DNA of 64,000 nucleotides, from assembly GCF_001194135.2 (NCBI RefSeq), contig NC_068992.1:7359479-7423478 (forward strand), in the 5' to 3' direction. Positions within the stretch are counted from its first letter, which is position 1, and each line of letters begins with the position of its first letter. The DNA is from Octopus bimaculoides (lineage: Eukaryota). The notes beneath the pieces are model-generated. The model saw nothing but the letters and a program-made list of their open reading frames with translations, did not search any database and was not told the origin of the DNA. Positions 54,282 through 64,000 of this stretch are shown piece after piece. A program made the translations under genes and the position numbers.

Positions 54282-54448
54282 TCTGAGTGGTTGGCGTTAG
54301 GAAGAGCATCCAGCTGTAGAAACTCTGCCAAATCAGATGGGAGCCTGGTGTAGCCATCTGGTTTCACCAGTCCTCAGTCAAATCGTCCAACCCATGCTAG
54401 CATGGAAAGCGGACGTTAAACGACGATGATGATGATGATGATGATGAA
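54282..54448 (+). mobile_element. Isolated RTE 3'-tail copy (severely 5'-truncated LINE or RTE-dependent SINE)
   Basis: gagtggttggcgttaggaagagcatccagctgtagaaac...ccaacccatgctagcatggaaagcggacgttaaacgacgat(gat)n, the same as the 3' end of the 58226-60238 LINE. Other copies lie at about 7700-7975(+), 14100-14300(+), 16893-17060(-), 21143-21212(-), 47090-47330(-) and 50134-50330(-). Confidence 0.85.
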
Positions 54449-55330
54449 AATATCTCAAGAAGTATCTTTATAATGTCTACTGCTATGTTTCAATTAGCTT
54501 GATCCCTAGTCATTAGGTTCTTTAGTTCTTGGATATGTACTGGATTTAAACTAAGAAATATGAACTTGTTCAGGTAGCAATGGCATAGTATATAAAGACA
54601 TTAGAACACTTAATTCAGAAATAAGCATCTTATTTCAAATTTGGTCCAATACCATGTACATATTCTGAAATGAGATGGCTGGAGATTAAATTGTTTGCAA
54701 CATAGTGTCGATATAAATGTTGAAAATATATTCTATAAAGTTGAAGTTAATAAAATAAAAAAAATTATGATCATAATATCAACAACTCATTTTAGACTTT
54801 TAATCAACAAGATTATACATGTTTTTCCAAATCAACAAGATTACTCATGTTTTTTCAGATAAATTAATCATACTTCTTACAATCAACATCTGTTGTCATT
54901 ATCATCTTTTAGCATTCTGCTCTCCAGGAATAAGGGGAATCAGATTGAGTCCATTTTGTTGCAAGCATTTGGGTCATTTTTCTACTCTAAGGATAACTTC
55001 CTACCTCCCTCCCACCAGTTTCATGAGCCCTCAATAGACTCTGCTCTTCTTTTTCTGACTAAAACTTTGAAAGCAAATATATTATCATCATCGTTTTGGA
55101 GTCCAATTTTCAATGCTAGCATGGGTCAGACAAACCGTTTCTGGAACATATTTTTCAACAGCCAGCTGTTATTCTTGTTGCCAACCTACACCTGTTTCCA
55201 AATAAAGTAATACATACAGTTGTAAGGTAGTTAAATGGTAGAACCATTTGAACATCAGATCAAATGCTCAAGGTGTCGTCTTTTCTGGTTCTGGTTCTGT
55301 GTTCAAATTTGATCAAAGTCAACTTTGCCT

Positions 55331-55527
55331 TTAACCCTTTAGCATTTAAACCGGCCATATCCAGCCAAAATACTCTACCATTTTTATGCTTAAACTGGCC
55401 AGATGTGGACTCTCACACCAACCCTCATCATAATCTCAAAGCTACGACATAATGCATGAATAATTCAAAGGAATGTGAATAAATAGGCATTATGTTTGAC
55501 AGAATAATGTGAATGCCAGAAGGGTGA
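55331..55527 (+). mobile_element. TTAA-CCCTT MITE of a second family, nested in a family A SINE
   Basis: ttaaccctttagcatttaaaccggccatatcc... interrupts the SINE A block aactttgcct|. The right end is degenerate (aatgccagaagggtga). Confidence 0.5.
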
Positions 55528-56039
55528 TCAGCCTCGGGCCTTATGCCTATATTAGAAACAGTTAATATTACAAGACCTGTCAAGGCAGCGAGAGCTGACA
55601 GAATTCCGAGTGCACTGGACAAAATACATTGCAGTATTTCGTCCTTCTTTATAGTTTGAGTTAAAATCCCACCAAGGAGTTAGCTTTGCCTTTTGCCCTT
55701 TTGGGGTCGATAAAGTAAGTGCCACTCGAGCACTGGGGTTGTTGTAATCAATTTATTCCCTCCTTCAAAATTTCTGACTATATGCCAATATTTGAAACCA
55801 ATATTACAAGACTTGTAATCAAAAGCACTTCTAGCCAACTAGAGTCTACCCCAAATCCACATTTTCCAATGCATCTGCTTTTTTTTTTTTTGTCTGTTTG
55901 TTTTTTGCTTTTTTTTTTTTTTGTCTGTTTGTTTTTTGCTTTTTTTTAAAGATAAGGTAGTCTGAAGATAATTTAGCTGTTATTGATGGTCTTTCTCAGG
56001 CATGAATGGACAGTCACCATGTATGCATATATATATATA

Positions 56040-56430
56040 GACTGGCACCTATGCCAGTGGAGCACTAACAGCACTGTCTGAGTGTGATCATTGCCAGAGC
56101 ATCTGTCTGTCTTCCGTGCTAGTGGCCCATAAATAGCACCATTTGAGCGTGATCGTTACCAGCATCGCCTTACTGGCATTTGTGCCAGTGGCACGTTAGA
56201 AAATCATTCGAGTGAGGTCGTTGCCAGTGCCGCTGGACTGGTTCCTGTGCAGGTGGCACATAAAAAACACCATTTTGAGCGTGGCCATTTCCGATACTGC
56301 ATGACTGGCCCTCATGCCGGTGGCACGTAAAAAGCACCCACTACACTCTTGGAGTGGTTGGCGTTAGGTAGGGCATCCAGCTATAGAAACTCTGCCAAAT
56401 CAGATTGGAGCCTGGTGTAGCCATCTGGTT
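56040..56430 (+). mobile_element. RTE 3' UTR fragment with tandem ~60-65-bp units
   Basis: Repeated gtggcac(g/a)t(a)aaaagcacc...gagcgtg units followed by gagtggttggcgttagg...ccatctggtt. Confidence 0.75.
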
Positions 56431-57415
56431 CGATTCAATTCAACTAAGAAAATTCATTCATCTAAGAAAATTTCTCAAGGCAGTGCTCCAGCATGGCCAC
56501 AGTCTAATGACTGAAACAAGTGAAAGATAAAAGACAGTATATAATACTATCTTCAATAGCAATCAAGTATGACTTCTACCGCATCTTTAAATAATGGTTT
56601 TATGTGTAGATGTAGCCATCAGCAAACACCTCTTAACTCTTCACCTAACTAAACATTCAAAGCATGGCAGCACTTGAGTAATTTTAAAATTCTTCTTCTT
56701 TCTTTTTTATTTATGGTAGTACATTAGTTTATTGATGCACCAGCTTTACAGAGGATCTAGTTTCACTAGTTTCATGTTTTAAGACTCATCATAGATTGCT
56801 TACGATGCCTCTCAACTGTCAAAGTTAACAATATATCTTCTTATGAAATACACAAACTCAATACCACTGACATAAAGAAATTAATATGATGGAATAGCTC
56901 CAGAAGTTTATCCATAGATTATATTTTCTTAGCAAACAAATACAGGTTTATATTGTATGTGATTTCTTGGCTGTCAGCCTTGCATCATTATGTAAATAAT
57001 AATATTTGCATTTGTAATAGGTTCTTTACATTATTCATAAGAGTCTTTATTCTTCTTCACTTTGGCAGCTGAGAGGTGAGATAAGCAATTTCTTATGAGT
57101 ATTAAGAAAAACCAAAGGGCATCATTTACTTTTTGCACATAAAGGTAGCTGCATATATGTTTGTTTGTATGTGTATGTATATATAATTTATGCATATCTG
57201 TGTGTGTACATAAATAAATATATATATATGTGTGTATGTGTGTGTGTGTGTGTGTGTGTATAGTGTATGTGTGCATGTACTTATACATGTGATATATATA
57301 TATATATATATATATACATATCGATATATATAATTGCTAAAGAGGACAACAAACGTTAAGGCAAGGCAAATATCTCAAGTCATATACATTATTATTATTG
57401 GAAAAATAATTCAAA

Positions 57416-57471
57416 GTCTTACAGCTGTTTCTGGGATATCCCAGAGTATGTGATATTCCATCATCAGAGAC
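57416..57471 (-). ncRNA. Minimal type-I hammerhead ribozyme motif (Penelope-like)
   Basis: Minus strand: GTCT-CTGATGA-TGGAATATC-(11 nt)-GATATCCCA-GAAAC-AGCT-GTA-AGAC. Stem I is perfect, stem II has 8 of 9 pairs, loop III is the palindromic AGCT, and the triplet is GUA. Confidence 0.8.
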
Positions 57472-57676
57472 AAATAGGGAAAATGAGAAGGGTATAGCTT
57501 AATGAAATGATGACAGGAGAGATGGAAGTAAGTGCAACTTCTATATGATCAGAAAGTTGAACTGTGATCGTTTATGCCTCTTTTTTCTTCCCTTTCTTCA
57601 TTTCCTTACTCCTTCTCTCCTGTCCTCTATGTCATCATTTCATTTTCTCATTTTCCATCTAGTTCTGATAGTGACT

Positions 57677-57808
57677 CAGCTATTAGAGCAAGGTCAGCAG
57701 CATAGAGGAGCTCCCAGGGGCAGCATGTCTTGAATTCCTGTTATTGCCTGGAGGACTATGATGAATAAGAGGTAGATGAGAACTGATCCTTGATGAACCC
57801 CTACTTTT
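57677..57808 (-). mobile_element. Short RT-core fragment of the same RTE family
   Basis: Similar to about 59690-59820. Minus strand reads GVHQGSVLIYLLFIIVLQAIT and PWELLYAADLALIA. Confidence 0.75.
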
Positions 57809-58225
57809 AATGTATTAATTGATTAATATTTTACAAATATTTTACAAATAATTATCTACCCTGGGTAAATAATTATAAGCTATTTTTGATTTAAGGTTTT
57901 CTTCGATTTTAGAATAAGATGATTTTATACCGAAATTTGTTCATTACATGCAACCGGTCATTGTAAAGACCATTAGTTGAAAGGACCAATGAAACAAAAC
58001 CATTTTCAAATGTGTATCCATTAAACTAATTGTATATGTTTGCAAATAACCTTGTTTTTGTTCCATTCTAAACAAAACTGTCCAACGAACGGGAGCGTGA
58101 AACTCTGAATAACAGTTTTTGTGATATTTTTGCTGCTTTTTAATAAAGCATATTGCTCTGCCTCTGGTATTCGAGTACTATTTTTTCCACCTTGTTTCAC
58201 ATTTATGTGCTTACTCTGGTATATA

Positions 58226-60238
58226 TCATCATCATCATCGTCGTTTAACATCCTTTTTCCATGTTGGCATGGGTTGGACGGTTCGACTGGGGGTCTGGGA
58301 AGCCAGGAGGCTGCACCAGGCTCCAGTCTGATCTGGCAGTGTTTTCTACAGCTGGATGCCCTTCCTAACACCAACCACTCCGAGAGTGTAGTGGGTGCTT
58401 TTTACATGCCACTGGCACAGGGGCTAGAGGGGGCTGGCATCGACCATGTTTAGATGGTGCTTTTACGTGCCACTGGCACAGGAGCCAGTCAATGCAGCAC
58501 TGGTATCGGCCACATTCAGATGGTACTTTTCATGTGCCACCGGCACTGGAGCCAGTCAGGGCAATGGGGACTGGCATCGACCATGTTTAGATGGTGTTTT
58601 TTTATGTGCCAGACAGGTGGCACTGGCATCAGCCACAACTACAATTTCCATTTGGTTGTGGTTTGATTTGATTTTGATGTTGATGTACTTGACTTAATAG
58701 GTCTCCTCAAGCACAGCATGTCATCCTACAATCCAAGGTACTTTTGAGTGGGCTGGTTATGCGACACTGGCATAGGCTACAGCTGTGATCTCACTTTATT
58801 TGCCAGGTCTTCTCAGTCACAGCACATCTCCAGAGGTCTCGGACTTTCATCATTGCCTCTGTGAGGCCCAGCGTTCGACGGTCAGGCTTCCCCACCTCAT
58901 CCCATGTCTTCCTGGGTCCACCTCTACCCCGGATTCCTTTCACTGTTTTTGAGAGTGGCACTTCTTCACACAGCTCTCCTCATCCATCCTTAGTACATGA
59001 CCATACCAGCGCAGTCGTCTCTCTTGCATGCCACATCTTATGCTTCTTATGTCCAACATTTCTCTGAGGGTGCTTACACTATGTTGTGTGTGTACACTGA
59101 CATTACACACCCAGTGGATCACGCTAGCTTCATTTCTTTCAAGCTTACACATGTCATCAGCAGTCACAGCCCGTGTTCACTGCCATAAACCATGGCAGTT
59201 CGCACACATGCATCATACAATCTACCTTTCACCCTGAGCGAGAGGCTCTTTGTCACCAGCAAAAGTAGGAGCTTTCTGAACTTTATCCAGGCTATTCTTA
59301 TTCTAGTTGCAACACTCTCTGAGCAGCCACCCCCACTACAGACTTGGTCCCCTAGATAGCAAAAGCTATCAACTACTTCTAGTTTCTTCCCCTAGAGGGT
59401 GATGGAATCAGTTTTCTGAGCATCTGCAGTGTTTATTGCCCCTGTGCATCTGCCACACATGAAAGTTATCTTCCCGGTTAATCTTCCTTTGATATTGCTG
59501 CATTTCTTATGTGTCCATAGCTTACATTGGGTACATCTTATTGAGTTTCTATCTGAAGGGGTGTGTGATATGTTCATCTTCCTACTTACTTGGACTTTGG
59601 TTTTTGCGACATTGACTCTAAGGCCCTTCAATTCTAAACCTTGCTTCCATACCTGAAATGTCTTCTCTAGTTCTGGTAGTGATTCTGCTATGAGGGCCAG
59701 GTTATCCACACAGAGGAGATCCCAGGGGCAACCTGTCTTGAATTCTAATGTTATTGCCTGGAGGACTATGATGAATAAGCAGGGACTGAGGACTGATCCT
59801 TGGTGGACCCCTACTTCTACCTGGAATTCTTCACTATACTCATTGCCAACCCTAACCTTACTAATGGGCCTGTACAGCCCTTATTAACTATTCATCAATC
59901 CCTACTTTCCACATCTCCCACCAGATAAGGGATCTGGGGACCCTGTCAAAGGATTTCTCCAAGTCCACAAAAGCTAATTATAGGGGTATTTCTTCTGCAG
60001 TTGCCGTACCAGGAATATAGCATCAGTGGTGCTTCTACCCAGCACAAAACCGAACTGCATCTCATCTAAGCAGACTCTCTCCCTAATAAGATGGGCTATG
60101 ACCCTCTCCGTGACCTTCATCACCTGATCCAGCAGTTCGATACCCCTGTAGTTATTTCTATCTAAAGCATCACCTCTACCCTTGTACCAATTGACTATGG
60201 TGCTGCTACGCCAGTCATTGGGTATGACTCTATTATTA
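58226..60238 (-). mobile_element. 5'-truncated RTE-clade LINE (RT core, C-terminus, 3' UTR, (GAT)n tail)
   Basis: Minus-strand fragments read DWRSSTIVNWYKGRGDALDRNNYRGI, QFGFVLGRSTTDAIFLVRQLQKK, AFVDLEKSFDRVPR, GVHQGSVLSP, PWDLLCVDNLALIAES (degenerate YADD), DSFCYLGD and RRLRWYGHVLRMDE. The element ends in ...gttaaacgacgatgatgatga and has multiple stops and frameshifts. Confidence 0.92.
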
Positions 60239-60246
60239 TATGTATA

Positions 60247-60296
<50 letters not shown>

Positions 60297-60362
60297 NNNN
60301 NNNNNNNNNNNNNNNNNNNNNNNNNNNNNNNNNNNNNNNNNNNNNNNNNNNNNNNNNNNNNN

Positions 60363-60396
<34 letters not shown>

Positions 60397-61449
60397 CATA
60401 TAAACATATGAAGAAATAAAGCTGAGATGAGTGAAATGACCATTCCTCACTAATTTGCTTTATTCACATTGAATTTCAATATAATTGTAATCTGCACCAC
60501 CTGAAAGTTATCAAGAAAACTTCATTGCAAAATATCCAGTCTTCTGAAAGTTATGAGGAAAGTCGAGGCATGTGAGTTATCTGAAACTCTTCTCTCTCCC
60601 CACAAAAAATTCCAAAATAATTATCACATACACATCTGAAACATTTGTAGAAAATTTCATTAAAAAATACCCATTTTTAAAAAAGTTATGAGGAAACAAA
60701 TTTGCCTGCTGGGGCACACTTGTGTAGTTATGCCAATAAGTGGATTTGTAAAATTGGACGAGTATTGATCAAAATGCTTTGCAATACTGAGTTGCGTCTC
60801 ATTACATTTTGAGTTCTATTTCTGCCTTCGTCAACTTAGTTTTTTTTTTTTTTTTAACTTTTAAAGGATTTGAAAATAAGTAACAGTCATAAAACTCCAG
60901 TCGTTATAAAGCACCTTTAACTTTCAAAACTTCTTATTTTCGGTTTAACTTATAAAATTAGTGTGTAAAAGGGAAATAAGTCCCCTGGCTTAAAATATTC
61001 AAGAAAGATAACTCTGGAAATTTATTGGTTTGTAAATTTTAGGCAAATACGTGAGTATAGTGTGAATTTTATTTTTTTGTGTTTGTTTGTTTTTAATTAT
61101 TGGTCTTGATCATGGGATTTATGGCCATGCTGGGACACCTAGACTCTAAATAAATTTTTAAAATTATTTCTCAATTTAACTGATCCCCATTTACACTGTC
61201 TCAATTCGTAAAACAGAGTTATATCTTTATTTACAATAATTCAGAGAATAAAAACATCGTTTATAAAAGTAAGCTGTGAGAAAACAGAGAAAACAAGAAA
61301 TCAGTAAAGAAATAATCGAACCAAGAGAAATAATAGCTTCACATAGAGTTATATAGAATACGAGGGATTGTGACATTATTATATCTAAAAGTACTTGAGA
61401 GTTATCTCCCTTCCGTAACATCTCTGTATGGATATTTGAACTGGTTTAC

Positions 61450-61483
<34 letters not shown>

Positions 61484-63313
61484 ATGCATGTTAAATTGGA
61501 ATTTTTTATTTCAAAGTTAATTCAAAATAACAGCGTAACATTTACTGATGGGGTAACTCGATACAGAGAGCAAAGTCAACCATTAAAACAAAATTCCTAG
61601 TCAACAAAACCATTACAACACACACACCCACACTTGCATGCTTCTGTTGTTTCCTTCTTGCAAATTTTTCTCACGAATCATTTGTCGACCTGATGTTATA
61701 GAAAACTGTTGTGGAATGTACCCTGCATTAGTATGGTACAAACAGTAACAGTGTCAGTTCACTTCAACCAAATGTCCATGAAGAGAAATTATCTCTATCC
61801 ACTATTACCCTCTCAGTTTTTGATTCACATGATCTTAAAATCATAAGTGACCTTCTTGAAATCATGAGGGAAAAACTTTAGTAAATTTCCTACAAAGGCA
61901 AACAGTGGAATCTGGGGAAACTAGTGATGGTCTGTGGCGCCATTCAGCGTATGAACGGTTCAAAGCCAAAATTAATTAGTTTGCCATGAGGAAGAGAAAA
62001 TGTCTGACGCAGCAGGTAGTAAACTTTTGTCAGAAGCTAAGGCTGAAAGTGTTAGGTCTCCCTTTGTCAAAGCAATTAATTTACTGCTCTTTTGAACTAT
62101 TTCTACATTAGTCATTAGCCCACAGCAGTGTAGTTGAAGTGTGTAAGAAGAAATGTGATTCTAACAAAGGATGTATACTCTCTTGGTAGAGCTGCAATAA
62201 ATCTTTGGTGTTTAACTATGGAGCAATCTTGAGCCACTGAACCTATGGGCAAAAGCTTCCCACCTGTGACAGTATCATCATCATTTTTTTTAGAGATATC
62301 TAGAATTACGTTATCTTGTGTATCTTTCCTTATTTAATTTGATGAAATTTGTCTGCTATTTCTAGTAGGTCCAGAAACCATTTAGAGGCTCTTAATTAAA
62401 AATTGTAAAGAACTTCTGTTAATTAATAATAGACATACAGACAGACTTACACACACACACGCACACACACACACATGAAAATTGACCACAGTTTCTGCCA
62501 ACCAAATTTCATTCACTGTAGGATCAAATCCAGGATCTTGTAAGTGCTAAACTAAATTATTAGCCCCACATGACTACACTTAATCATTTAACTTAATTAT
62601 TTGATAAATCAATTTATAAATTACTTTATATCATTATCTTCATTGTATGTCATTACTTGTGTTGCATCTTTTCTTTCAAGTCAAAATATTTTCTTCTGTT
62701 TGAATAGTTATTGGTTGCTTTTATTTTGTTATTCATTCTGGTGTAATTAACACTGTTATTATGATCTCATTATAGACAATGTCCTTGGATTCATCTTTAC
62801 TTCATCCTTTCTCTCAATTTATGTGGGGGAAGAAAAGGGAGCATTCTTCCTTATCTATCATTTACACTAATCTTTATAGCTATTTTAAACAACTTTCTTT
62901 CGAAATCGTTACTAGTTTCTCACTTAAATGCTTAGTCAGCATTACACTGTCATCATTTATCAAGAAGATATCAACTTATTTCTTACTGTTCATTCCTTCT
63001 ATGTTTAGAAATGGAGCAGAAATTGGGTAGTTTTTAGCTTCATTTAAGCAGCACTCTTTATTTCTTGTCCCAACATCATTATATTCTGTTTCATTTCAAA
63101 CTCATTTCCTCTCTCAGACTTATTCTTTTCTTTATTCATTACTTTCCCAATACGTTTAACCTTTTACTTCCTTCCTTTCTTTCTTTCATTGTTCGTAATT
63201 GCTCCAAATTATTATCTTCCTTTCTCATCTCTTGCACTCTTGGTACTCTGTGTCAGCTTCTTCTTCATCTCTTATGCTGTTCTGCTTCTCTGTCTTTCAG
63301 TTTTGTTTTTCAG

Positions 63314-63342
63314 GAGATACTTGGGTTCCCCAAGTATGGTGA
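63314..63342 (+). CDS. Candidate terminal coding exon (GDTWVPQVW* if joined in phase 1)
   Basis: About 250 nt of pyrimidine-rich sequence ending ttttgtttttcag|63314, followed by more GC-balanced sequence. The phase-1 frame stops at TGA 63340-63342. There is no transcript support. Confidence 0.3.
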
Positions 63343-64000
63343 AGACATCCTGTCGAAAAGGATGATCACACCTACATAGAACAGAGACGGTTCTATGTTC
63401 AGTATAACAACTTTTCTACTTCTGGTTATGTGACAAAACTACAGACATGTCCGATGTTACAAAAGCATTGCTTTACCAAAAATCTAGTTGTTACATAAAA
63501 TTCCATATCATGAAACTTATTTCATACTGACTGCCATGGTGCACTGAAGCCAACGAAAATAAAAATATATTTTACACATCACAGAATTTCACATAGCTGC
63601 AAGATTTTCAGGAACACAAGCTTCTGTAATGCAGCAGATACCATTTAGTTCTTAGATTACAAAAATGTAGCATGCAACAACCATTGTTCAGATTGTATGT
63701 TTACATTAAAAAAAAACCATGCATGCATTCATACTGGCTTTGTCTTGTACCAATAATATTTGCATAAGTACAGGTTCCACATCCATGAAGTGGAACTGAA
63801 TTATGCTCTTCACAAATTTAATTCTCCATGAACATGACTGTGTGGTAAGAAGCATGCTTCTCAACCACATGGTTCTGGGGTTCAGTCCCACTGTGTGGCA
63901 CTGTGGGCAAGTGTCTTCAACTATAACCTCAGGCTGACGAAAGCCTTGTGGATTTGGTAGACAGAAACTGAAAGAAGCCCATCATGTGTGTGTGTGTGTG

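Noticed and set aside
57545-57740. Strong pyrimidine tract followed by AG and an open frame
   Set aside because: The downstream frame is the antisense of an RTE RT fragment, not a host exon.

Overview
AT-rich, microsatellite- and gap-rich animal genomic DNA. The repeat families and N-gapped assembly style are most consistent with a coleoid cephalopod such as Octopus; this is inferred from recalled repeat families and no search was run. The window is almost entirely intronic sequence of one + strand gene encoding a two-Ig-domain, ZIG-8/Dpr-like cell-surface protein. One clear phase 1-1 Ig exon lies at 12516-12803. A 24-nt phase 1-1 microexon (A-TTNNIRR-G) lies 28.5 kb downstream at 41363-41386, with UGC/UGCAUG motifs next to its acceptor. 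A possible last exon starts at 63314. The introns hold several tRNA-headed SINE families, a 5'-truncated RTE-clade LINE with a PHD-finger remnant inside ORF2, a HERO-like restriction-endonuclease non-LTR fragment, a decayed DD37D (maT-like) transposase, TTAA-flanked MITEs and a local inverted duplication. The most interesting signal is six minimal type-I hammerhead ribozyme motifs of the Penelope-like kind, in four unrelated sequence contexts. Three of them form the 3' module of a tRNA-headed SINE. Two stand-alone motifs have intact cores, and one of those is in the sense orientation of the host intron. Nearly all entries in the supplied ORF track are artefacts of microsatellites and N gaps.
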